From contig OZ239628.1 of NCBI GenBank assembly GCA_965195345.1, positions 1,760,001 through 1,824,000 on the forward strand: a DNA stretch of 64,000 nucleotides, read 5' to 3'. Source of the DNA: an uncultured Thiomicrospira sp. (GTDB taxonomy: Bacteria > Pseudomonadota > Gammaproteobacteria > CAKMZV01). Below, piece after piece: positions 10,379 through 19,659 of this stretch. The notes beneath the pieces were generated by a model that saw only the letters and a program-made list of their open reading frames with translations, ran no database searches and was not told the DNA's origin. Position 1 is the stretch's first letter, and each line of letters opens with the position of its first letter. A program made the position numbers and the translations under genes.

Positions 10379-10666
10379 AACGTTTCCTTTTGTCTAAAAT
10401 CATCCATACCAATTGTAAAATTGTCTATTTTATATAACTCTAAATTGATGGTCTGGACGCGAGGTCCAGAAGTATACTCTAAAAATGAGGTGGGGGCAAT
10501 TACGAGCAGCAGGGAAAATGTAATATCATTATCATTTTTAGCATTCTCCTCATGGTTTCCTTCTCCCAGCATTAAACAACCAGCAAACAAGATTTAATAT
10601 ATATTCACAATGCATTTTTGGGTACTTTCTCCTCAATTAGTAATAACCTGTAACCTAAAAAACTGA

Positions 10667-11293
10667 TCAAATAGATTGACTCATCGCGAGGAAGATGCCA
10701 GCTGCCATTAAAACCGTACCACTAGCACGATTAAAAATCATCTGCCCTTTTTCCGACTGAGTTAGAAACTGAAACTGCACTCCAGATAAAGCATAAAATG
10801 ATATAGTACAAAATTCGGCGACTAAAAAAGTACTTCCTAAAACAGTAAATTGCGCCGAAACGGGCTCTCCTTGAACCAAGAATTGAGGAAGTATGGCGGT
10901 GAAAATTAAAATAGCCTTAGGATTGCCAATTGCTATGAAGAATTCTTGCTGCACCAATACCATTATTTTAGGTTTTCTTTTCATACTATTTTCAACAGTC
11001 AACTCAAGCACTTTTGCATACCACATTCGTATCCCAAGATATACCAAATAGAGTACCCCAAGCCATTTAATTATCAAAAATGCTAATTCTGAGGATGCTA
11101 ATAAAGCACCTATTCCTACGGCCGTTAATACGATAAGTATAGTGAATGCAAATAATCTACCTAAACCAGCTAACACTGCAATACCCAATCCATAGCAAAC
11201 ACCATTTCTTAGCGAAAGGAAATTATTCGGACCAGGAGATAAACTCATAGCAATACAAGCAGGCAGGAACACCAGCCACTGTTCAAAGCCCAT
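10667..11293 (-). CDS. LysE/RhtB family amino-acid efflux protein
   Basis: SPGPNN, KWLGVLYLVYLG, NPKAILIF; 208 aa hydrophobic. Confidence 0.88.
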   Translation of the reverse strand: MGFEQWLVFLPACIAMSLSPGPNNFLSLRNGVCYGLGIAVLAGLGRLFAFTILIVLTAVGIGALLASSELAFLIIKWLGVLYLVYLGIRMWYAKVLELTVENSMKRKPKIMVLVQQEFFIAIGNPKAILIFTAILPQFLVQGEPVSAQFTVLGSTFLVAEFCTISFYALSGVQFQFLTQSEKGQMIFNRASGTVLMAAGIFLAMSQSI

Positions 11294-11319
11294 ATGATTA
11301 AATACTCTCGTTATTTCAG

Positions 11320-12027
11320 TTAAATCAACAAGTCTTCTATATCGACTAGATCAGAAGACTCCCCAGCATCTTTCATCGAATTCTCGCTTTCAGGTACAAG
11401 CATGCGTTTTGAGAAACGACATAAACTGAGCCACTTACCCCTTTCAATCTCAATGCCATTTGCCAAAGCAGCGTGGTATCGCTCACTAAAATCTGCATTC
11501 GACAGTAATAGACTCTTATTATCATCCCGTTCGAATTCAAAAAGAACAGAATGCCCTTTAACACTGCTTTCAAACAAATCGAAATAAGATTGTCCAGCAC
11601 AAAATCGAGCGGTTCTTTGCATTCCTTGACATATCCATTTCAAACACATATTGTCAGGAGCATTTTTTTGCAGATATGGAAGAAGGAATGGAACATCGCG
11701 CACATTAACAAGTTCAGTTTCAAATCCATTGCTCCAATTTTCCAATAAACTAAGCGCCCACACTTCTCCACCAAGAGAACAAGAAATATGATTGCAATCA
11801 ATCGTTATTTTTTTCGCACTTTCATCTACAACAGTTGTGTGCAACTTCGAGGGTGACTTATCCATCAAAGAAAGAATGGTATCCATCGCATTAAAACCCA
11901 AAGCACTCAATATAGGAGCTGCACGAGCAGCACTGCGCGCATAAGCTATTTTATAACCACTGCCATACAATGCCTTTTCGACTGCCATTTCAATTTCATT
12001 AAAAGAGATTCTCATTGAATGCACCAT
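11320..12027 (-). CDS. DUF3726-like protein
   Basis: N-terminal ISFNEIxxAVEKALYG and C-terminal LVPESExSxxDAG pattern; next to M19-like gene. Confidence 0.6.
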   Translation of the reverse strand: MVHSMRISFNEIEMAVEKALYGSGYKIAYARSAARAAPILSALGFNAMDTILSLMDKSPSKLHTTVVDESAKKITIDCNHISCSLGGEVWALSLLENWSNGFETELVNVRDVPFLLPYLQKNAPDNMCLKWICQGMQRTARFCAGQSYFDLFESSVKGHSVLFEFERDDNKSLLLSNADFSERYHAALANGIEIERGKWLSLCRFSKRMLVPESENSMKDAGESSDLVDIEDLLI

Positions 12028-12051
12028 CGTATTAATCTGTTAGTCATTGCA

Positions 12052-13764
12052 TTATGATTGCGTCAATGAATCGTCAAATGCATACAAAAACCAATCATCT
12101 ACTCCATTTATCTTCCCTTGTGAATCAACAAGCGGTGCGCCCTGAAATAAAGTAATGCGCAACCATAAATCAGATTTTGGGTCATATTTAACCGCACCAA
12201 AAAAAGACAGTTTTAATCGCAACAAGTCAATTGGATAAAATGATTTGTCAATGATGTTGTACCTTACTTCACCATAAGGATTTTGATCGTAATTCAAAAC
12301 ACGTTTTACAATATCACTTTGTTCAGGGCAATCCAATAAAAAACGTGATAGCGTAGCTTTCTGATTCGTTGGCATCAATAACCATTGGTTTAAGCAATCG
12401 TATAGTTTATGTACTTTGAACCCTATATCAATAGGAAGCTCTTTTTCAGAACCTGCTTCTACTTTCCTCTTTCCCCGACGAGGCTCTTCTTTTGTTTGCG
12501 ATTGATACCAAAAAAAGTAATCGGCGTTGGGTGAAGAAAAATCAACGGCTAACACCCATGAATAGTTCTTATGTATTTTTTCGAGCAATTCCAATGCAGT
12601 AACATCGACCATATTGTTAATCGACGATTCATGCGCAGAAAGTCGCAAATATCGATCATATTTTCCTACGACCATAGGATACAGTTCCAATAATATATTT
12701 AAAAACAATTCTTCGGTTTCTGCTCCATATTTTTGTTGTTTGATTCCTTCCCAAATGTCTGCCCAGTTGCATTGAATGGGTTCTTTCAATGCATCAATTA
12801 AAAAAGATTCGCATAATGCCAGCTCTTTTATTAGACGTTCATTTTTGCTCATCTGCAATGCATCCGGCACCTTTATTCCTCTAAAGAAAAACTGAGCACG
12901 TTGCACTAAAGCCATACAAGCATTTTTTTCGCTCAAACCCAATTCAGCACTATGCACAATTTCATATAAAGCTTGTTCACGCTGCTTAACCCAACAATTC
13001 ACCACACTAGGATGTTTGATTAAATAAGGCATCATCCCCAAACCCGTTGAATTGCCAATACCAACGTAGCGAGCAATTCGTTCATCTAACGCAATAGCTT
13101 CTCTATTTTGTTGCTTAGCAAGGTACTCCACCCAGTCCAATGTAAACTTACGCACCATGAAAACAAGCATCATTTGAGCAGAGAAATGCTCTGAAAAAAC
13201 CCCTGACTGCAGCTGCTCATAATCTGCCATGCCAAATTTCCCATTTCCATAAACAGCCGTTGTACGAACTAAATAGCCAATCTTTTTCAACTCCTCAATA
13301 CTAGGTGACTGGCCACTTGCTAGACTATCAATGACGTGTTGGAAAATACGTACACTTTTATTGGCACGGGATATACTCAGCACTTTAGGAGAATATCGAC
13401 CTCTTTCTTGTAGAGGCAGCTGCTTTGCTAATTGTGCAATATCACTTTCTTGCAATTGTCCTTGCCACAAACAACAAGTCATATCCCATGCTTCAGCAAT
13501 AACACGATCATTGCGTAACGATGAATCAAGCGCTTGTGTGAAAAACAGCGCTTGGTATATTCCCTCATGCGTATGTATTTTGTAAGTAACATAACCCAAT
13601 CCTTCAGAATCAAGCCGCCATTGATCCGGTTGTATTTCCCATGCTTTAGCAATCATAACCCGTATCAATTTACGAGAAAAACTCATACAAGATGGATGAA
13701 ATGAACCCAAGCGATCTGGATGCATCAATGATTCTGGAAATCTTAAGCACGGAAAATCAATCAT
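12052..13764 (-). CDS. Conserved hypothetical protein (~570 aa)
   Basis: Long ORF; start reassigned to ATG 13764 to avoid overlap with the upstream gene; motifs RLGSFH, RNDRVIAEAWD, RTTAVYGNGKFG, GIGNSTGLGM, FFGAVKYDPKSD. Confidence 0.75.
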   Translation of the reverse strand: MIDFPCLRFPESLMHPDRLGSFHPSCMSFSRKLIRVMIAKAWEIQPDQWRLDSEGLGYVTYKIHTHEGIYQALFFTQALDSSLRNDRVIAEAWDMTCCLWQGQLQESDIAQLAKQLPLQERGRYSPKVLSISRANKSVRIFQHVIDSLASGQSPSIEELKKIGYLVRTTAVYGNGKFGMADYEQLQSGVFSEHFSAQMMLVFMVRKFTLDWVEYLAKQQNREAIALDERIARYVGIGNSTGLGMMPYLIKHPSVVNCWVKQREQALYEIVHSAELGLSEKNACMALVQRAQFFFRGIKVPDALQMSKNERLIKELALCESFLIDALKEPIQCNWADIWEGIKQQKYGAETEELFLNILLELYPMVVGKYDRYLRLSAHESSINNMVDVTALELLEKIHKNYSWVLAVDFSSPNADYFFWYQSQTKEEPRRGKRKVEAGSEKELPIDIGFKVHKLYDCLNQWLLMPTNQKATLSRFLLDCPEQSDIVKRVLNYDQNPYGEVRYNIIDKSFYPIDLLRLKLSFFGAVKYDPKSDLWLRITLFQGAPLVDSQGKINGVDDWFLYAFDDSLTQS

Positions 13765-13802
13765 ATCAAACTTCACAAGATACTTTAAATTATGCAACGC
13801 AC

Positions 13803-14789
13803 TTATTCGCCACTTGGTCGCAATGCCTTTGAGAAATAGCGCAACCAATTCTCTCCCAATACTTTTGCAATATCTGCATCGCAAAAACCACTAAGTCGCA
13901 TCGCAGGAGCAAGCTGTGCGAAATCACTCACTCTTCGAAACCAAGAAGGCTGTTTGGGCCAAACGTTTTGCTTATTAACATCTTCTCCATAATCCGCTTC
14001 TCTCGTCCAATGTCCATTACGCATGTATTCCAATGCTTCAATCGGTCTACCTTGACAAATATCACTGCCTATTCCAATATTCTCGAGTCCAACCATATCT
14101 CCCAATCGTTTCAGCTCATCCATGAGTTCATCCATCGTGCAATCGGATGTGTTTTTTAAATGAAATGGATAAAAACTTAATCCAAACATACCGCCCGATT
14201 CTACTAATTTCTTAATCAAATCATCCGACTTATTTCGCACTGCTTTTTTGAATGTCAAACTGTGCGCATGAGTAATTGATATAGGTCGAGATGAATGCTC
14301 TATTGCCTCATAGGTCGATCGCTCAGAGCTATGCGACATATCAATCACCATACCAACACGATTCATTTCAGCAATAGCAGCACGCCCAAAACGACTAAGC
14401 CCCGTATCTTCCATCTCATAACAACCACAACACAAATGCGACAAATTGTTATAAGACAATTGCATAACGCCAACATTTAAGCGGCGATAAATTTGCAACA
14501 TGTCAATATTATTCTCAATGGAAGAGCAATTTTGAAAACCAAATAAAATCCCAACACGTCCATCTTGCTTCATTTCCAAACCTTCTAATGAACAGGCAGA
14601 ATAGAGCAAATCGGAATTTTGTTCAATAAACCGAAACCAATCACCTATGAATGTTATGGTTTCGTGGATATTCTCCCAAAAAACTACTGTGACATGCACC
14701 ATGTCCAATCCCGCTTGCTGTGCTTCCTCAAAATAAATTCGAGTTGGCTTTGGATACTGCAATGCATCAATATATATTGTTTTGTTCAT
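13803..14789 (-). CDS. Membrane dipeptidase (M19)-like amidohydrolase
   Basis: QLSYN, GLSRFGRAAIAEMNRVGMVIDMSH, ITHA, RNKSD, IGIGSD. Confidence 0.88.
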   Translation of the reverse strand: MNKTIYIDALQYPKPTRIYFEEAQQAGLDMVHVTVVFWENIHETITFIGDWFRFIEQNSDLLYSACSLEGLEMKQDGRVGILFGFQNCSSIENNIDMLQIYRRLNVGVMQLSYNNLSHLCCGCYEMEDTGLSRFGRAAIAEMNRVGMVIDMSHSSERSTYEAIEHSSRPISITHAHSLTFKKAVRNKSDDLIKKLVESGGMFGLSFYPFHLKNTSDCTMDELMDELKRLGDMVGLENIGIGSDICQGRPIEALEYMRNGHWTREADYGEDVNKQNVWPKQPSWFRRVSDFAQLAPAMRLSGFCDADIAKVLGENWLRYFSKALRPSGE

Positions 14790-14813
14790 ATTAATAAGTA
14801 CTCGTATAAAAAC

Positions 14814-14833
14814 GCAGTATATTGTAATACTGC
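14814..14833. promoter_or_regulatory. Palindromic candidate operator GCAGTAT-N6-ATACTGC
   Basis: Perfect 7-bp inverted repeat 25 nt upstream of the ATG at 14789. Confidence 0.35.
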
Positions 14834-15454
14834 ATCATTGGCCCTTGTGAAATTATTGATATAAGTTATACCATCGATATTAAATTAGTGTATTAGTTGG
14901 ATTCACGGGACAACAATTCCTTCCCCATAAACCTGCATTTCCATAAAAAAATCAACATGATCATCCACACATTTCTAAGCCTGACGGCGATCATCATTGG
15001 TTTTAGATTAATAAAAATATGCTAAAATTAACCTACGGTCTTAGGGGCGTATGGGCGTAGAAACCTGACTTAGAAGCCCTTAATCAATGCGGCTAATAAT
15101 ACAATGCTAATTTAGTGAAACTACGTGATGTCTTTAGTCTTTTAAATTTGCCCCATTCGCTTAATCTTTGCAATTGGTTGACCTATGAACATTATAGTAT
15201 GACAAATGCTGGCATAATGCCAAAAAAAATAACACCAGAAAAATTGTTCGTTATTATCCTAATCAACGTTAATGTGCACGATTATTGAATGAATATTCAA
15301 CCAAGCGGTTTTAATTGGAATAAATTTAACCCTCTGCTTACAACACTTCGATTGGTCAAGCTAACCGACTGAATCTTCCTATATGCCTTTTATTGACACC
15401 ACTCATCACTATTAGAATGAATCAAAACTACTTTAACGAGACAATTACAAGCTA

Positions 15455-17368
15455 ATGTGTGGCATTTTTGGTTGGATTGACAACAGAATTACGTTGCAAC
15501 ACGCGGAACGGATGGTTCACGCCTTGCGGCATCGCGGACCTAATGACAACGGTTGGATGGCTTATAAAGAGGGCGCTTGGCGTGATAACAGAAAAATCAC
15601 CGCACTGGATACTACTGCAGACGTAGTATTAGGCCAAACCAGACTTTCCATTATCGATTTATCCGAGAAAGGTCATCAACCGATGCAAACGGCTGATGCC
15701 CGCTTTGTGCTGACTTTCAATGGCGAAGTTTATAACTACTTAGAACTTAAAAAGGAGCTTAAAAAAGAAGGGTATACTTTCCAAACCGATACGGACACTG
15801 AAGTCGTTTTATACGCTTGGCAAGCTTGGGGAATGAAAGCATTGAAACGCTTTACTGGCATGTTTGCCTTGGCAATTTTTGATAATATGGAACGTACTCT
15901 TACATTAGCACGTGATCCGTTTGGCATCAAGCCTTTGTACTATTGTCAACAGGGAAAAAACCTCTATTTTGCTTCTGAAGTCCCAGCAATGCTCCAATTT
16001 GAAGCCATTCCAAAACATATCAATTGGCAATGGGCAACGGACTATTTATTGCAAGGCGGTTATGATTTAGATTGCAATAGTGCAGTTGATGCAATCAAGC
16101 ATGTATTACCAGCTCAATGTATGGTTATTCCTTTAGCACATCCTGACAAAATAAAAACCCACATCTACTGGCAGCCCCCAATAACAGAAACCAATATCAG
16201 TAAAGAAGATGCCACGGAACAATTAAGTCACCTTCTTAAACAATCTATACAGTTGCACTTACGTAGCGATGTGCCCATTGGCTGTGCTTTGTCTGGCGGC
16301 TTGGATTCGTCTATTATTACTTGTTTGGTGCGCGAACAAATCCCTGATGTACAGTTACATACCTTCAGTTTTATTGCCAAGGGCAGTGAAGCCGATGAGG
16401 AGGAATGGGTTGATGAAGTAGTGAACCATACAGGCGTGCAATCGCACAAAATCATCATCACTCCAGATGACCTCCTTAATGATATGGAACATTTTGTTCG
16501 CGCCCAAGGAGAACCCTGTGGAGGATATGCCATTTATGCTCAGCAACGTATTTTTGCCGCTGCCAAACAACAAGGAATCACCGTTATGCTTGAGGGGCAA
16601 GGCGCTGATGAGTCATGGGCGGGGTATTGGGGATACCCTGAGTATCGAATTCAAAGTTATCTAAAAAAAGGACAGTTCCTATCCGCGTTGAAATTTTTAC
16701 GTTCAGCGGGCGCGTATCCTCAAAGAAGTGTTAAAGGTTTGTTGGCTCGATTAGGACAATATTACATTTCTAAACTACCTCCACCATTATGGAGAATGGC
16801 TCGTAATTTAGGTGGACATTCGCTTCTACTTGAGTGGGCAGACGAAAGTCTATTAAAACAACATAACGTTTCTGTACCTTGGTTATATCCGCTCAAGTTT
16901 CACAGCAAAAGTCAGCTTAAAAATCGAATGGCAACTGAATTGTCGGGTCAAAAACTTGCCTCATTGCTGCGCCATTCTGATCGAGCAGGCATGTATTCAT
17001 CTATTGAAAGTCGAGTACCTTTTTTGCACGTTCCCTTAGTCGAGTTTGCACTATCACTGCCAGAGGATTATCTATTGGGAGGCATGCAGGCGGAACCGAA
17101 GCACCTTCTTAAGCAGGCAACCAAAAAAGTTCTTCCTTCAAAGATTTATGCCCGTAAGGATAAAAATGGCTTTGAAGTTCCTTTCCAATGGCATAAAAGT
17201 ACGGAAGAATGGCGTCGAGAACAATTAGCATATATTCATGAAATCCCTTGGATTAACTCAAAACTCTTTGAGAAAAGCGACGTGCACCTTGATCAAAAGG
17301 CATTATTCCGCTTATGCTTCCTGCTACAATGGCAAAAAGCAAATCGTCTCAACTGGTCTTGTCTATGA
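15455..17368 (+). CDS. asnB: Asparagine synthase (glutamine-hydrolysing) family amidotransferase, polysaccharide-associated
   Basis: MCGI, HRGP, RLSIIDLS, FNGEVYNY, RDPFGIKPLYY, LSGGLDSS, GQGADE, SIESRVPF. Confidence 0.9.
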   Translation: MCGIFGWIDNRITLQHAERMVHALRHRGPNDNGWMAYKEGAWRDNRKITALDTTADVVLGQTRLSIIDLSEKGHQPMQTADARFVLTFNGEVYNYLELKKELKKEGYTFQTDTDTEVVLYAWQAWGMKALKRFTGMFALAIFDNMERTLTLARDPFGIKPLYYCQQGKNLYFASEVPAMLQFEAIPKHINWQWATDYLLQGGYDLDCNSAVDAIKHVLPAQCMVIPLAHPDKIKTHIYWQPPITETNISKEDATEQLSHLLKQSIQLHLRSDVPIGCALSGGLDSSIITCLVREQIPDVQLHTFSFIAKGSEADEEEWVDEVVNHTGVQSHKIIITPDDLLNDMEHFVRAQGEPCGGYAIYAQQRIFAAAKQQGITVMLEGQGADESWAGYWGYPEYRIQSYLKKGQFLSALKFLRSAGAYPQRSVKGLLARLGQYYISKLPPPLWRMARNLGGHSLLLEWADESLLKQHNVSVPWLYPLKFHSKSQLKNRMATELSGQKLASLLRHSDRAGMYSSIESRVPFLHVPLVEFALSLPEDYLLGGMQAEPKHLLKQATKKVLPSKIYARKDKNGFEVPFQWHKSTEEWRREQLAYIHEIPWINSKLFEKSDVHLDQKALFRLCFLLQWQKANRLNWSCL

Positions 17369-18042
17369 CAAGAGCGTTATTTATGAATAATGTTTTCATT
17401 CATTTTATATTTAAAAAAACGTATCTTCTGTTTTTTCCACTACTGAAATTAATAAAGTATCCAAACACTAAAATTGTTACCAACTGGGTACACCCCAGTG
17501 CAAAAATTGCTGAAGGTGTTGTGATTTCCAAAGGTTGCCACATCGGTGCTAATGTTCAAATATTGAACGAAACATTCATCAATTCGGGTACTTCTATTGA
17601 AAAGAATGTAGATACAGTTGGCAAGTTTTGCTCTATAGGGGAGAACGTTAAAATCGGCATAGGGTCACACAGGTATGATTACATATCTACTTCTCCAAAA
17701 CTATTCAAGGATATTCCTTCCGAATCCTTTTTTAATTCACCGAATAAAACAACGATAGGAAATGATGTCTACATCGGTTCTAATGTTGTGATTTTTGCTG
17801 GCGTAAAAATATCAGACGGTGCAGTTGTGGGTGTTGGAAGCCTTGTAACCAAAGACATTCCTGCTTACGCTATAGTTTGTGGCATGCCTGCTCGTATTTT
17901 GCGTTATCGATTTAGTGATGACATCATTAAAAAGCTACAAGCATCTGAATGGTGGAATCTACCTTTGAAAAAATTAGTGAAGATGAGAGAGAATTTACGA
18001 GATCCCAATAAGTTTTTGGATGAACTGGATCATCACTTATAA
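17365..18042 (+). CDS. CatB/Vat-related hexapeptide O-acetyltransferase
   Basis: Hexapeptide repeats, GKFCSIG, IGNDVYIG, GMPARILRYRF, WWN; start uncertain (17314-17383). Confidence 0.8.
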   Translation: MTRALFMNNVFIHFIFKKTYLLFFPLLKLIKYPNTKIVTNWVHPSAKIAEGVVISKGCHIGANVQILNETFINSGTSIEKNVDTVGKFCSIGENVKIGIGSHRYDYISTSPKLFKDIPSESFFNSPNKTTIGNDVYIGSNVVIFAGVKISDGAVVGVGSLVTKDIPAYAIVCGMPARILRYRFSDDIIKKLQASEWWNLPLKKLVKMRENLRDPNKFLDELDHHL

Positions 18043-18136
18043 TGAATATGTTCGGTTCATGAGCAATCTTTTTTAAATTTTTCTGTTCATCATTTTTTGA
18101 CATATGGTGATTTTTTCATACTAACAAGAGTAATAT

Positions 18137-19198
18137 ATGACTTTGAAATTTGCATTATTAGGGTGTGGTCGCATTGCTAAGCGGCACTCTGATTTATTAG
18201 GAAGAAATCAAATCGCAGGCGCTCAATTGGTAGCGGTTTGTGACATTGTGGCTGAAAAAGCAAAGCGGTTAGGAGATGAACTTAAAGTACCTTATTTCAC
18301 TGACATGCATCAAATGATGCAATCGGTGGACATTGATGTGGTCTCTGTTCTAACAGAGAGTGGCAACCATGCTCACCAAGTCATTGCCTTGTCGCAATAC
18401 GGCAAACATATTGTTGTTGAAAAACCAATGGCACTCACCTTAGAAAGTGCAGATGAAATGATTCAAGCCTGTGACCAACAAGGTATTAAATTATTTGTCG
18501 TTAAACAAAATCGCTTCAACGTTCCCGTTGTTAAAACTCGAGAAGCATTGGAAGCAGGTCGACTTGGTAAGTTGATACTTGGAACGGTGCGCGTTCGTTG
18601 GTGTCGACCTCAAAAATATTACGACCAAGATGCTTGGCGTGGAACATGGGCCTTGGATGGTGGGGTATTAACCAATCAAGCAAGCCATCATGTTGATTTG
18701 CTCGCATGGATGTTTGGTGACGTAGAAAGCGTGCATGCTCGCAGCTCAAATGCACTGGCTGATATTGAAGCAGAAGATACTGCCGTAGTTTCTTTACGAT
18801 TTAAAAACGGTGCTTTGGGATTGATTGAAGCAACCACTGCGGTACGCCCTAAAGATTTAGAAGGTTCTCTCTCATTGTTAGGATCAACTGGAACCATAGA
18901 AATTGGTGGGTTTGCAGTTAATGAAATGAAAGTGTGGAACTTTGAGACGCCAATGGATGGAGACAACGAAGTAATGAGTACATTCTCAGTCAACCCTCCA
19001 AATGTATATGGCTTTGGTCATCAAGCTTATTATGAGCATGTCGTAGATTGCATAAAGAATAATAAAAAACAGTTAATTGATGGTTTAGAAGGAAGGCATA
19101 GTTTAGAGCTCATCAACGCCATTTATGAGTCAATTGAGAGTAAACAAGAAGTCTTTTTGAATTTTCAACCCAAACATTGTCGCCTCGGTCAAAAGTAA
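18137..19198 (+). CDS. Gfo/Idh/MocA oxidoreductase, WbpB/WlbA-like nucleotide-sugar 3-dehydrogenase
   Basis: GCGRIA, EKPMAL, VKQNRFN, WRGTWALDGG, NQASHHVD. Confidence 0.85.
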   Translation: MTLKFALLGCGRIAKRHSDLLGRNQIAGAQLVAVCDIVAEKAKRLGDELKVPYFTDMHQMMQSVDIDVVSVLTESGNHAHQVIALSQYGKHIVVEKPMALTLESADEMIQACDQQGIKLFVVKQNRFNVPVVKTREALEAGRLGKLILGTVRVRWCRPQKYYDQDAWRGTWALDGGVLTNQASHHVDLLAWMFGDVESVHARSSNALADIEAEDTAVVSLRFKNGALGLIEATTAVRPKDLEGSLSLLGSTGTIEIGGFAVNEMKVWNFETPMDGDNEVMSTFSVNPPNVYGFGHQAYYEHVVDCIKNNKKQLIDGLEGRHSLELINAIYESIESKQEVFLNFQPKHCRLGQK

Positions 19199-19200
19199 TA

Positions 19201-19659
19201 TTGAATACTTTTAAACAACAGCATGTCGGCATTAGCAACGTTGTTTTTGGGACCGATGTACGTATTGTTGAACCTGTTAATTTGTACGGCTGTCAGCTCG
19301 CTGATAATGTTTTTGTTGGTCCTTTTGTAGAAATACAAAATGATGTTTTTATTGGAAAAAACAGCCGCATTCAATCGCATTCTTTTATATGCTCAAAAGT
19401 GGAAATTGGAAATAACTGTTTCATTGGGCACGGGGTTATGTTCATAAATGATACTTTTTCAAATGGCCAACCAGCAAAAGGAGATACTTCTTTGTGGAAA
19501 GAAACTAATATAGGAAACCGAGTGCATATTGGTAGCAATGCGACAATTCTACCCGTTGACATTTGCGATGATGTTGTAATAGGCGCTGGTGCTGTTGTCA
19601 CCAAATCCATCATCGAAAAAGGCAAATACGTTGGAAATCCAGCCAAAAAAATATCATGA
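19201..19659 (+). CDS. Hexapeptide N-acetyltransferase (WbpD/WlbB-like)
   Basis: VGPFVEIQ, IQSHSFIC, GHGVMFIND, GAGAVVTK, GNPA; start uncertain (19177 or 19201). Confidence 0.8.
   Translation: MNTFKQQHVGISNVVFGTDVRIVEPVNLYGCQLADNVFVGPFVEIQNDVFIGKNSRIQSHSFICSKVEIGNNCFIGHGVMFINDTFSNGQPAKGDTSLWKETNIGNRVHIGSNATILPVDICDDVVIGAGAVVTKSIIEKGKYVGNPAKKIS

Noticed and set aside
10375-10590. 71-aa ORF upstream of the permease as a possible leader peptide or binding-protein remnant
   Set aside because: No ProX-like motifs or signal peptide; cannot be supported without a homology search
13765-13884. Extended N-termini in the ORF track (also nuoA, B, D, K, M, N, rnfH and 40857) implying long gene overlaps
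   Set aside because: Downstream starts give family-typical N-termini; the extensions are artefacts of longest-ORF calling
14890-15380. Possible decayed gene in the long spacer (frame ...KPDGDHHWF*INKNMLKLTYG...)
   Set aside because: Several stop codons and no recognisable family; not distinguishable from AT-rich non-coding DNA by eye
17365-18042. CatB/Vat-like gene as an antibiotic-resistance determinant
   Set aside because: Embedded in a sugar-modification cluster, so glycan O-acetylation is more parsimonious
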